From Prasinococcaceae sp. CCMP 1430 (Eukaryota; Plantae; Prasinodermophyta), in assembly GCA_013416795.1 (NCBI GenBank), contig RQSC01000030.1:133760-197759 (forward strand): DNA of 64,000 bases. Reading direction: 5' to 3'. The position numbers and the translations under genes are program-made. Position 1 is the first letter of the stretch, and each line of letters opens with the position of its first letter. Below the pieces are notes generated by a model, which saw only the letters and a list, made by a program, of their open reading frames with translations, was not told the DNA's origin and ran no database searches. This document shows positions 7,592-19,300 of the stretch, in pieces.

Positions 7592-10177
7592 TCACGAGCG
7601 CGCAACCTCGTGGAAGCGGTTGACCGACGGGAAGCCGGCGAACATGAGGTCCTCGGGGCTACCAGGCCTCAGCCTGTTGACCTCCGTCTGCCACGCATAC
7701 GCGCCGCCATGGCCGCCAGGAGGCTTCTTCGCACCGCTGGTCGCGGCGCGGTGCGCGTCGTCGGGCCTCAGCGGCGCCACGAGATCGCCTGCTTCGAGCT
7801 CGCGCCACTTTATGGCCGCAAAGAATGGGTGTGCCTTCACGTCCGCGAACCCCCTTGCGCCCATCCCCAGTCGAGTGTTTTCGTTGGCGCGCAACAGTCT
7901 GGTGATAAGGTCGCGTGCAGTCGCGCCAATAGCAGAAGGCCAGCGAGCGGGCTGGAAGAAGCCCGCCTTTCCGACCTCGGCAATCTTCGTGTACGTCTGC
8001 AGCGTGGTGGGGCTCTTGAAGGGGGCCCTACCACAGAGCATCTCGTAAACCAGCACACCCAGACTCCAGAGGTCGCACGCGCGCGTGCAGCCACGGCTAC
8101 TGATGATCTCTGGGGGCAGGTAATCGGGCGTGCCGCAGATCGTGGTCGTGCGCTCGCCGGGTCCAAGGACCTTAGCAAAGCCCATGTCTGCCAGAAGCAA
8201 GTTGCCGTCCGCGGTAAGTAGCAAGTTCTCAGGCTTGACATCGCGGTACACCGCCCCAGCTTCGTGCACAGACTCGAGTGCGAGCACTGTCTGTGCGAGG
8301 TAGTACCGCGCCTCGTCTTTGGAGAGCGGGCCACGCCCAGCTTTCATCCGGCGGTAGACATGGTGCCACATGTCGCCACCCGGGGCATACTCAAACGCCA
8401 TGTAGAGCGCGTGCTCATCCTGGAAGGCACCCAGCAGCGGGACCACGAAGCGCGAGCGTAGGCGCGCGAGCAGGTCGCCCTCCGCCAATATGTGGTCCAC
8501 CTCGTCCATCTGCAGCATGCGCGCCTTCACGACCACCTTCAGCGCACACTGTTTGCCTGTCGGGCGGTGGGTGGCCAGGTACACGCGCCCAGTCATCCCC
8601 TTGCCGATGCATCCCCCGATGTTAAAGGCGTCCAGAGCGAGCGGGCGGGCGTACTTTCCGCGCAGCCACGACACAGGGCGGCTCCAATTATTCCTAAGGA
8701 GAGCAGACACTGTTGAACCAGCGCCATCACCCGGCCCTCTCACACTATACAGTGCCGATCGACTCCCGCCGCCAACCCGAGCAGGGCCAGCCCCGCCGTC
8801 GTCACCAGGAGGCGTTGGAGGGCCACAGCACGCCGGCAGGAGCTTTGCGATCCACGATGAGCGCGGGGTGCTGTCACTCGACGAGCCAAATGGCGACTCC
8901 GGGAAATCAACACTCCCCTTCAAAGACTCCAGATCGGAGGGACTGTGGCCAGCACTTGCTGTGTGGCTTCCATTACCGACGCCGCGAGGCGTGTCGCCGC
9001 TTGATGCGGCGGCAAGACCAGGCATTGCCGTGGTGACTCCTTGCAACTCCTTCAAATGCGCCTCGAGGGCCTTGCGCCACGCACCAAATGGCGCTCCATC
9101 ACCCAACGCTTCGCTGACGATACAGGCGCGCAGAGGAACGAGACGACATCCCTCGGGGACAGCCTCAAATTCAAGGTCGTGCGTGTCGGTGGCCGCACCA
9201 TCGCCGAGCTCGCCCATGCTGAGGAGTCTCTTCACGCCGAGCGGTGAAGTGCAGACCATTGACCCTACCGAGCATCTCCTCATCAGAATCCTCGGGGCAT
9301 CTTTGCTGCCGCTGAGGCCTGCAGCCGACAGCCTGTAAGAGAGCAACGCCCCGCGCACGACAACGTACACCAGCTCTGGACGACACTGAGAAGCGATCTC
9401 ACCGCCCTCAACTGTGACCATGCGCTCGCCGAGCAACGCTGCTGCCAAGGCGTTGAGCGCACCTTTGCCCTTGTCGGTCAAAGCGCTACGTTGGAGCTTG
9501 CTCGAGCGAGTCTGTAGGGAGGACGCCTGACCGGCCACGCGCAACAGCGCATCCCGCATTTCGCCATCAAGCGCAACGTAGTATGCCGCCAGTGCTTCCT
9601 GGTAGTCGCTTTGTGCTAGAGCGTACGCAATCACAGGGCCAGGTCCCTGCTCCTTGCCCGCCGCCAAAACAACCTCAGCAGCACCCGAGCCCAGCGCCGA
9701 GGGTGCAGCCATAGCAGCTGGACCATCGGTGACATTAGCAGGACTACCGTCGCCCACCGCGTCTCCTTGCGGCGAGTCTTGCCCGCCGGGGGCTGCACCA
9801 TTGGATGCATCATTCCTGCTCACCCCGCGCGACATTGGCTTTGGGTTTGAGCCCAACGAGAGGATGGGCGAGTTGGATACGTGGTCGTGAAGAAGGGCGA
9901 GCTCGCCGAAGGAATCGCCCGGGCCGAGGACGACGGGTGTGAGCGTAGATGACCCAAGTAGCATGCTCACCTCGCCCTTCACCACCACCGTCCACTCAGA
10001 CACAGCATCTCCGCGTTGCAGGATAGGCTCGTCCGCCTCGTAACAGCGCATGCTCATGCGCCGCGCGAGCGAGAGTTTGAGCGCGTCCGCTGAACTGCTC
10101 TTGTCAGACGCCGGCACCACCCCGAGCGTTGACAGCAAGAGTGTCGCACTCTCAGCGAGCAGCTCGGGGCGGTCGCG
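7592..10177 (-). CDS. AGC (PKA/PKG-like) Ser/Thr kinase with N-terminal cyclic-nucleotide-binding-like domains; 5' exon(s) missing
   Basis: One long exon after acceptor ccgccgcag (10178). cNMP motif GDSFGELALL; kinase motifs IGKGMTGRVY, ALK, YRDVKPEN, DMGFAK, TICGTPDYLPPE, DLWSLG and an AGC tail HPFF..W..L. Confidence 0.88.
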   Translation of the reverse strand, partial: RDRPELLAESATLLLSTLGVVPASDKSSSADALKLSLARRMSMRCYEADEPILQRGDAVSEWTVVVKGEVSMLLGSSTLTPVVLGPGDSFGELALLHDHVSNSPILSLGSNPKPMSRGVSRNDASNGAAPGGQDSPQGDAVGDGSPANVTDGPAAMAAPSALGSGAAEVVLAAGKEQGPGPVIAYALAQSDYQEALAAYYVALDGEMRDALLRVAGQASSLQTRSSKLQRSALTDKGKGALNALAAALLGERMVTVEGGEIASQCRPELVYVVVRGALLSYRLSAAGLSGSKDAPRILMRRCSVGSMVCTSPLGVKRLLSMGELGDGAATDTHDLEFEAVPEGCRLVPLRACIVSEALGDGAPFGAWRKALEAHLKELQGVTTAMPGLAAASSGDTPRGVGNGSHTASAGHSPSDLESLKGSVDFPESPFGSSSDSTPRSSWIAKLLPACCGPPTPPGDDGGAGPARVGGGSRSALYSVRGPGDGAGSTVSALLRNNWSRPVSWLRGKYARPLALDAFNIGGCIGKGMTGRVYLATHRPTGKQCALKVVVKARMLQMDEVDHILAEGDLLARLRSRFVVPLLGAFQDEHALYMAFEYAPGGDMWHHVYRRMKAGRGPLSKDEARYYLAQTVLALESVHEAGAVYRDVKPENLLLTADGNLLLADMGFAKVLGPGERTTTICGTPDYLPPEIISSRGCTRACDLWSLGVLVYEMLCGRAPFKSPTTLQTYTKIAEVGKAGFFQPARWPSAIGATARDLITRLLRANENTRLGMGARGFADVKAHPFFAAIKWRELEAGDLVAPLRPDDAHRAATSGAKKPPGGHGGAYAWQTEVNRLRPGSPEDLMFAGFPSVNRFHEVARS

Positions 10178-10186
10178 CTGCGGCGG

Positions 10187-10959
10187 CGCGACGACGTGCG
10201 CGCCGACCCGGAGCTGCGCGCGCACTTCCACCGCATGTGCGCGGCGCTCGGCGTCGACCCGCTTGTGTCAAACAAGGTGCGAGCACGCCAGCGGCCGAGC
10301 GAGCGAACGCGCGTGCGAGAGAGAGAGGGGCGTAGGTGGGTGGGTGGGTGGGTGGGAAGGGGGCCGTCTGAGGCGAGGAGAGGGGGAGCGCCAATGCGCG
10401 CCACGGCCGCCGCCGACCGCTGACGCTCGCGCGGCGCCTCTCCCAGGGCGTCTTCGCCTCGGCGCTCGGGCTGGGCGACTTCTACTACGAGCTCGGCGTG
10501 CAGGTCGTCGAGGCGTGCCTCGCGACGCGCCCGCTGAACGGCGGCCTCATCGATCTCGCCGACCTGCACCGGCTGGTCCTCAGGCGGCGTGGCGAGCGCG
10601 TCGCGCCGGTGAGCGCCGACGACCTCATGCGCGCCATCGACACGCTCAAGCCGCTGGGCGGGTACGAGGTGAGCGAGGTGCGCGACGGCGGACGCGCGCG
10701 TGTGCTGGTGCGCTCGGTGCCGCGCGCGCTCGACACGGACGTGGCGGCGTGCATCGAGGTCGCGGCCGACCAGCGCACCGGCAGCGCGGGGTACGTCACC
10801 GCCGCCTGGATGGCGGACGCGCGCGGCTGGCCGGAGCGCCGCTCGACGCGCGCGCTCGCCGACGCGCTCGAGCAAGGGCTGGCGTGGCTCGACGCCGGCG
10901 CTCCGGACGGCGCCCACAGGTACTACTTCCCCGTGCTCGCCGGCAAGCTGCTGGCGTAG
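10187..10959 (+). CDS. SNF8: ESCRT-II subunit VPS22/SNF8 (EAP30); N-terminus missing
   Basis: Exons ~10187-10276 and 10447-10959. DPELRAHFHRMCAALGVDPLVSNK|GVFASALGLGDFYYELGVQVVEACLATRPLNGGLI..SADDLMRAIDTLKPLG..LVRSVP..QGLAWLD..YYFP. Confidence 0.93.
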
Positions 10960-11222
10960 CGGGCGGCGCTCGCGCCGACGGCGCCACCGATGTGTAAGAT
11001 ATGTACGCTGCACCTTTTTTGTACACACGCACGCGGGCGCGCGAGCGCGGCAGCTGGACTGGCGCGTGGGTACACAAACGAGCGCTAGAGTACATGTCGC
11101 CGCGGGCCGTCGTGCGGTACGCGCCTTTGGTCACGTCAGAGAGCGCCCTCGCGCGTGGCGTGCGGTGCGCGGCGCGCGACGCGCAGGGCGGTGCGCCCCT
11201 GCCCGTCCCCGGCGGCTTCCGC

Positions 11223-11660
11223 TCACTCCCTCGAAATGAGCGTGGCGACGAACTGCTCCAGCACGTCGCGGGTGACGCGCCCGTCCTGGCCGCCGCCCTC
11301 CTCGGCCGCAACCACGAGCATGTTCTGCGCCTCAATCGGGTTGAGCGAGACGTGACAGGCGGCGGCGGCGCGCAGCAGCGTGGCCTCGGTGATGCGCGCG
11401 CCGCCCTCGCCGGCGAGGGCCGACCAGTCCTTGTCGAGGTCGCCCTCTTCGAAGACCAGCGGGGCCGGCTGGAGACGCGCCAGGCAGACGGGCCAGCAGC
11501 GTCAGTGCCGTAGCGCGCGCGGGCGCATGAACGCGCTCAGAAGCGGCGCGGGGGCGACGAGCGGCACGCGCGCGCAGCCCGCGATGAGCGCGCGCCGTAC
11601 CTTCCGCTTGCCTCCTCGGCCCCCGCGCCCGCCCGCGCTGCCCCTCCCGCCCCCGCCGCG
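11223..11660 (-). CDS. C-terminal part of a protein with a degenerate EF-hand-like (centrin-like) pair
   Basis: Exons <=11660..11601 and 11468..11223; intron gtacgg..ctccag. DLDKDWSALAGEGGARITEATLLRAAAACHVSLNPIEAQNMLVVAAEEGGGQDGRVTRDVLEQFVATL*. This frame is not in the ORF track. Confidence 0.55.
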
Positions 11661-12115
11661 NNNNNNNNNNNNNNNNNNNNNNNNNNNNNNNNNNNNNNNN
11701 NNNNNNNNNNNNNNNNNNNNNNNNNNNNNNNNNNNNNNNNNNNNNNNNNNNNNNNNNNNNNNNNNNNNNNNNNNNNNNNNNNNNNNNNNNNNNNNNNNNN
11801 NNNNNNNNNNNNNNNNNNNNNNNNNNNNNNNNNNNNNNNNNNNNNNNNNNNNNNNNNNNNNNNNNNNNNNNNNNNNNNNNNNNNNNNNNNNNNNNNNNNN
11901 NNNNNNNNNNNNNNNNNNNNNNNNNNNNNNNNNNNNNNNNNNNNNNNNNNNNNNNNNNNNNNNNNNNNNNNNNNNNNNNNNNNNNNNNNNNNNNNNNNNN
12001 NNNNNNNNNNNNNNNNNNNNNNNGGGTGTTGGCGCGGAGCGGGCTGCCCCGGGCGGCGCGCGACGCGGGGAGCGCCGACGTGGGCGCGCGCCCTCGCATC
12101 TCCCAATCGGCGGGC

Positions 12116-13863
12116 ATGGGGGTCGCGGCGGAGGAGGTCACGCTCGAGGAGGAGGCGGCGCGCGCGCGCGTGTGCCGCCTGGCGCGCGAGCACGACGGCC
12201 GCCTCTCGTTTGTGCACAGCGGCCGCCAGGACGGCAGGACGGCAGCCCTCGCCCCCGACGACGACGGCCAGCAGCACTGGTTGGAGCTGGCCGACGCGCT
12301 CGGGGTGACCAGCGCGGCGCAGGGCGTGCGGGCGCTCGCCGAGGCGCTGCGCTCCGAGAGCGGCGCCTGTGCGCTGCAGGCACTCGGGCTCGGCCGCGGG
12401 TGCCTCGACTCGGATCATGACGCATGCGACAGCGAAGGCAGCAGTACGAAAGAGGAGCGGGCATCGGCAGGGGGTGGGAGCAGCGGCATGCGCGCACTCG
12501 CCGAGGCGCTCGCCGAGGGCGCGCCGCTGCAGTCCCTCTACCTCGCCGACGCCACGTTCAACGCGCGGGGCGGTTGCACACTGGCCGCCGCCATCGCGAG
12601 CAGCGCGTGCTCGCTGGAGTCGCTTGACTTGGTCGATTGCAACCTGGGCGAGGCAGGCATAAGCGTGCTCGCAGACTCGCTGGCGCGGGCGACGTGCACG
12701 CTCCACTCCCTGGGCATGTGGGTGTGCCGTCCATTTGGCTCCGAAGGCGCGGGCGCGCTCGCGGACGCGCTGAAATCCGAAGCATGCTCGCTCGAGCGGC
12801 TGTCGCTGGGTGACTCGCGCATTGGGCGCAACGGCATCAAGGCACTCTCGCAAGCTCTGGCCTGTGGCACGTGCAGCTTGAAGAACCTCGATTTGACGGG
12901 GTGCGACATCTTCGACAGGGAGGTCTTCCTGCTGTGCGAGGCGCTGAGCAGCCCTGCGTGCCGACTCGAGACGCTCACGCTGGCTTACACTGGCATCGGC
13001 GATGACGGCGCGGAGGCACTCGCAGACACGCTCAAGGGGGGAGCTTGCAAATTGCGTTCGCTCTCGCTCGCGTACACCCGGATCGGCAATCGTGGCGCGT
13101 ACGCCTTCACTGGCGCTCTGAGCGCTGGCGGTCCTGGCGGATCTCATCAGTGCTCGCTGCAGACGTTGTCGCTCGCCTACACGCGAATCCGTGAGAGCGG
13201 CGCGTGCGCGCTCGCCCGCGCGCTTGTCAGCGACGGATGCGCGCTGCAAACCCTCGAGCTCGAGAACAGGTGTGTTGGCGCTCGGGCCCTCAAGCGGCCA
13301 CCTCACTGGCGCGTTTGTTTCCGCCTGCAACATATCCTGCAGGGCGCTCGCTGACGCTCGTGCCCGCCGCGACGCGTTGTGCATGGCGGCCCTTATCGCG
13401 TGTTCGTGTGTTGCGCACCACCCGCAGATACATCGGTGACGAAGGGGTCTGTGCCCTCGCCTCAGCCCTGCGCGCTTCAACCTGCCCTCTGCGCTCCTTG
13501 AGCGTGTCCGAGCATATGAGCGATGCCGCGTTCGGAGCCATGCTCAGCGCACTCATGTGCACTCGCGGCCTCGCCAGACGTGGCCTGCGGAGCTTTGGCG
13601 GGCCGCGTCGGCTGTGCCGCGTGGTTGAAGCCAATGTTGCGTTCTCCACGCGCTGTCGTTGGGTGGTCCTCAAAGCGGCCTGCAGATTCCTCGCTGTCCA
13701 CGCGCGCGCGGTGAGATCTGCGAACCACCCCCAACGCGTGATGCTACGCGGTGAGTTCGAGCTCAACATACGCCAAGAGGACGACGGTGTCTTCGGCGCG
13801 GCATCCGTCTGGAGCAGCACCGACGACGTCGTCCAGCAGACGAAGCCAGTTGAGAAGAAATGA
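12116..13863 (+). CDS. Ribonuclease-inhibitor-type LRR protein (NLRC3-like LRRs)
   Basis: Exons 12116-13269 and 13428-13863. About ten ~28-aa repeats of LxxLxLxxxxIGxxGAxALAxAL type, e.g. CRLETLTLAYTGIGDDGAEALADTL. The start codon is uncertain because it lies next to a gap. Confidence 0.85.
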
Positions 13864-14672
13864 AACGCTGCCTGCCTAGCGCGTCCGTGCAGCGCACGCA
13901 CGGCTGCACCCGACGCGCAGCATCGAGGCATGAGGGCGGACTTCCGCCCCGAAACAAACGACGCGTGTTGCAAACGACAGGCTGCTCGCCAACACTGCCC
14001 ACGCACAGACTCCGTGCAACCACCGATGCTCGCAGCAGGCGTAGGCGTGGGCAGCTCGAACATAACGATCTATAGTCACTATGAGGACTCGTACGTACCA
14101 CGCGGCGACCCGTGCGAGCGCCCAGCGAACCGCGACGCGCGAGAGTGCTTGTGGTGTTGGTGGACCGTGGTGTGTTCGGCGTTCAGGAAGGAGGATGTGT
14201 GTGTCGGACTTCGCTGCGAACGTCGCCCTGCGTCTTTGGTATGGCGCTCCCCGCCTGGCATGGCCTCGGTGAAAGCATGTCAGAGCACGAAATAAGTCGC
14301 ATGCGAAAAAATACTGTCCTCCGCGCGTGCCACAACGGGCGCAGCGCGCAGGCACTTGCGTCCCCGCCGCGCGCCGCGCGGGCCGGGTGTGCAGACTGAC
14401 GCCCCGAGTGCTACGCACGCACATGCCATCATGATGGCACAGGCCACCCCTCCCTCTCTCAGTGCGCTTCGTTGGCACAGGAGTATGTGAAGGTTTCTAC
14501 GCATGCATTCTGAAGAGCGCGCGAAAATGCAGCACGCGGCGGCAGCAGCAGCCGCCCCGGCACGTCAGCGCACGGATTCGCCTTCTCTCGCTCGCTCTCT
14601 GCGTCACTCCGCTCGCTCGCCCGCCCTCGCTCGCTCGCTCGCGCCGCGTGCCTTGCCCGCCCGCGCCGGCAG

Positions 14673-16196
14673 GCCGGAGGCGCGCTGCCAGACGCCGACG
14701 GCGCGCTCGCCCCGCGGCGGCCGCCACCGGGCACCGCCTGCCTCGTCGCCGTGCGCGTCGCTGCCGCGCGCGGTATAATGTCGGCCGACTCCAACGGGCT
14801 GAGTGACCCCTACGCGCGCGTCTGCGTGCTGGGTGCCCACAGGCGCACTGCATACATCCCAGGTGAGAGCATGGCGCGCCGCGTGCTGCGTGCATCGGAG
14901 GCTGTGTGCGCAGCCTCCGCTGGGCCAACACACTGCAGTCGCGCGCATTAGAGACGCTGCACGCGCGCATCGATTCGCGCAGGTGCGCTGACATTGTACG
15001 TCTCGGACACTTCCGCAGAGACGCTGGACCCGGACTGGCGAGACGATCCGCGGAGCTCATTCGTATTCGCACTCGGGCCGAACGGCACGGCGGCTGCCAT
15101 CGCGGGCGGGGTTGACGATTCAGCGGCGGACACCGCGAGAGCCCTCGGCGCTGGTGCGCTCGCGGCGGCCAACGCGGCCGTGGGTGTCGTCACAGGCCTA
15201 GGCAAGCTTACGGGCAACGCCATCAGCCGGGCAGCATCGCTCGGGAGGACCAAGCAAAAGCCTGTGCACGCATCCAAGGATGGCCACAGCCCTGCTGGTG
15301 GGGGCGGAAAGAGATCGACTCCTTCCTCTGCGCGCACATCTTACGCGCAATCGCCGACCAGCGAAGGCAGCACGGCCAACAGCAACTGGCCCGCCGGCGA
15401 CGGGGCGGATGGGTGCGTAGCGGTTGCGTGTGTGTGTGACAGTGTGAGCATCGACGGGCATTGTGCTGGCTGCCACCACTACTAGTAGTCGAAGTAGACT
15501 GACGATCGCTGCTACCGTGACTGGCGGGCCTCATTCATCCGCGCAATCATTACTGACGTGCTCTGCAATGCAACCACCACACCTCATGCCGTCTTTCACC
15601 GGCGTCCACCACACAGCGAAAGCGAAGGCGACCCTCCCTTCGATGGAACTGACCCAGGCTGGGTGGCGGCGGCGGCGAGCGCGGTCATTGAGGTCGAGCT
15701 CTGGGACAGGGACTGGGGAGGCCCAATGAATCCAGACGATTTCCTTGGGTGCGTGCAGGTCCCTCTGTCGGCGGCTGCTGTTGGAGGCGAGCAATGGTAC
15801 GACCTCGGACCTCGACCAGGACATCGCCGAGGCAACATCAAGGGACAAGTGGCGCTGAGGGTGTCCCTCATGGCGGGTGACCTTGTTGGTGTCCAAGAGA
15901 TGCTGCAGACTCTGCCGTCTGTCATAATGTGCAACAGCGACACTACGTCCCACGTGCCCCCGGCGGCGAATGACGGCGGGCCAACCGGACGGGAACGTTT
16001 GGCGGAGGCCCCTGCCACGAGTAGCGGAGCGCACCGCCAGCCAACTGCGGACACGACTCGGAGCCAGGCTGAGGCAGAGGACCCCGAAAAACTTGCACAA
16101 ATGCTCAAGGTGGTCCAGGCTGAGCGCCGACAGGCCGCTCGAAAGGCGGCAAAAGAGGCTGCTGACGCCTACCAACGAGGCAGGAGCGGCAAGTAA
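14673..16196 (+). CDS. C2-domain (Ca2+/phospholipid-binding) protein with a long insertion inside the domain
   Basis: Exons 14673-14862, 15019-15412 and 15617-16196, all phase-compatible GT-AG. VRVAAARGIMSADSNGLSDPYARV..ETLDPDW..IEVELWDRDWGGPMNPDDFLGCVQVPL..WYDL..KGQVALRVSL. First exon unresolved (candidate ATG near 14527). Confidence 0.8.
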
Positions 16197-16344
16197 GGCG
16201 CCCGGCGGCCCGCACAGGCTGACGGCCTCTGGCTTTCTGCCTGTCTCTCTGTCTCTCTCTTTCGTGCGCACGCGCCCGAGCGCGCGAGCGCGCGCACACG
16301 CCCTCTGTCTATTAGCACATACATATCTTACATTTGATGTTTGC

Positions 16345-19300
16345 TCACTCATCACACCGAGAGATCGCCCGCCGCACGTACACGAACGGCACAGACCCAT
16401 CGCTCGCCGAATCATCGGCCTCAACGCCCGACTCGAGGGCGACAGAAAGCAGCTCGGCAGCGTCCAGGGCCTCAGAGACGCTCTCAGACTCGTACACGCC
16501 CGCAACGAGCTCGACCAGCTCGTCTAGTAATCTCTCGAGCAGCGCGGGGCCGTCGGCGAGCGCCTCTCCGGCGTGCGCAAGCGCCGCCTTCGCATCCTCC
16601 CCGAGCGAGCCGCCGCATGCGACTGCGCGGACGATCTCACCGCAGCCAACGACCGCCGCAGCCGCCTTGGCGGCCTCGAGCACACGGTCCTCGCTTGCCG
16701 ATCCGTCGCCAGACTCGCGCGCGATACGGCGAAGCGCGTAGCGCACGAAGCTAGCGCGGTGCGCCTGCCACTCGCCCGCAGGTAGGCACAGCGCGGCCTC
16801 TACAAGCAGGCGCTCGGTCCACGCCTCAGGCGCGTCGGCGCCGGCATCGAAGGCCTTGGAAGCCTCCGATACCCGCCGCAGAACGCTGAGCCGCACATTC
16901 TCAGCGACCGCTGCGCCCGCACGCGCCAGCGCCCAGTGAGCGAGCTGCATCATGGGCACCAACAGCCGCGCCGCAGCGGCCGTCGCGCCGCTGCCGCTGC
17001 CGCTGCTCGCTCCACTCGCGCTCACGCCGCCCATCACGGGCGCGTCTGACATCGCAACCCTATTGATCAGCACGGCGCACTCGTTGGCAGCAGCGCTGAA
17101 CCTGCCGCCTGGGTCGCTGTGCGTCGGCGGCCGCTGCAGCGCATTGGCCGCGCTTGGCGGCCCGAGTGTCTCCAGCCGGTCGAACCACGCAGTCGCGGCG
17201 CGGTCGTAATCTGCGGTGGGCAGCGACGGCGCCCTGATTGGGAGCAAGTTGTTGCAGGGCGTGCCGTTGTTGCGCAGCGAAGCGCCATCCCACTCGCGCT
17301 TCGGAGTTCGCAGCGAGGCATCCGCGCGCCGGGCGTCCGCGTGGCACGCCGTGTGGATCACGTTGAAGTGCGACGTGCTCACGAAAGCAGACTGCAGTGA
17401 CAGCATCGAGGGCGACCCACCCTCGCCTCCGCCGTCGTCTCCGCCTGTGGCGCTCCGGCTCCACGGTGCGCTGCGCACCGCGCGCGCGACGCCGACGGCC
17501 CCTCCGGCGCCATCGCTCTCTGCACTTGGCCCGCCACCCGCAACACGCACGCGTCGGCACAGGCAGTACACGCCGACCGCATCGATCGGGCGCAGGCCGT
17601 ATCCCTCGCGGCACACCACGCACACGAGGTCACCGTCCTCCTCATCTTCAAGATCATCCACATTGAAGCCCTCAAACTCGAACGACCGCGCCGAGATCGG
17701 CGAGGCAACCACGGTCGCCATCATCGCGCCGGAGGACGGAGGCGTCGAGGCCATCGGGATCGAAATCGCCGCGGTGCCGTCCGACCCGGGCGGCGTGGAA
17801 GCGAGCGCGCTGCTGCCAGCGCTGCCAACGTCGAGCGCGTCCATGGGAGACGTACCCGCAACTGGCGAGGGCGACACCGCGCTGCTAACACTCACGCCAG
17901 ACATCCTGCGCTCAAAACCGAGCTCTGCAAGAAGGGAAGCGCGGCGTTCCTCCGCGCGGCGGCGGTTGCTCTCCCTCGTTGCGAGGCGCAGCGCCGACAC
18001 GCGCGCGGCGGTTGAGCCGGGAGCAGGCGCCGCCAGCCCACCAGTGGCATCGACGCCAGCGCTGAGGGCGTCTAGCAGCTCCTCGGCACACCCGCCGAGC
18101 TGCCGTGTGCCACTCGCACCCTCGAGCGCGTGCAGTAGCGCCAGCACGTTGCCTTCGCGTACCGCACACAGCTCTGCGCCCGAGTCTTCGTGGTCGGCGA
18201 CGGGGGGGGCGCAGCTGCCCAGCAGGACCCGCACGAGCTGCAGCGCGCTGCCCTCTCTCACGGCGTGCCACCAGGCGGCTCCGCCTTTCACCCAGCCGTC
18301 GCCCCCGAAGACGGCAAAAAGTGCCTGCGCGGCCATCGTGACCGCCCCCGCGCGCATCAATGCGCAGCGCTGCGCCGCGCCACGCGCCCCCCCAGGCACC
18401 GCCAGCGCGAGCTGGGCGAGCGCAACGAGCTCTGGTGCGGCTTCCGTCCATTCCCCCTCGGCCTCCCCCTCGCCCACGTCTGCACCACCCACGGGATCCT
18501 GCGCGGCAGCAGCGGCGGCCAGCTCGGCCTCCGCGACCACCGAGCGCGCACCCTCTCCGAGCGACTCATCAAGACCGCTCAGCACGCTGGTGAAGTGGGT
18601 GGCGATTTGGTCCATAGCGGCTGCCTCGCCCATCGTCAAAAACGGGAGCAGACGCGCGACCGCGTCGGCAACTCGAGGCTTGCCTTGCGCGCACGCGTCG
18701 CGCAACTGCGCAACGAAGAGCCCCGTCTGTGCGGCCGCGTCGAGCGAGTGCGCACCGGCCTCGCCGGTGATCGCAATGCCCTCGCCAGAGCTCTGAGCGC
18801 CCGCCTCCTCCACGATGGCCCCGAGAAGCATCATCATCTCCTGCACACTATCGTCGTCCTCGAAAGCCGTCGCGGCCCCAGACCCCGCGGCGGCGACTTT
18901 GGCGTCCACACGCAACATGTCGACCGCGGCAGCAATGAGGTGTGCGAGAGCACCGGTGTCGAGTAGCGCGCGGCGATTGGCTCGCAGGCGCGCGCATGCG
19001 CGCAATACGCGCAAGCATGCAGCACGAGCGCCGCGAGCACCGAGCGACGCACCGCCCGCACTCGCGCGGAGGACACGCACCAGAGTTGCCAGCCCACCGC
19101 ACGCTGCCATCACAGACGTGCAGGCAAAGGCCACCTCGGGGTCCTCACCGTCCTCCTCGTCATCGTCGAGGGAATCTACCATCGGCTCCGTGGCGTCACC
19201 ATCCAAACCCTGCAAACGGTACGTGATGAAAAGCGGCGAGTTTGTGCCGGCCGATCCAGAGCGCGTCACGTTCGTACCCCTGGCAACCATTTCGGCTGCC

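Noticed and set aside
14060-14300. Possible structured ncRNA (U3-like CTATAG/CTCGTAC words)
   Set aside because: The expected U3 boxes are not in order and no convincing fold could be derived by eye; an Rfam scan is needed.
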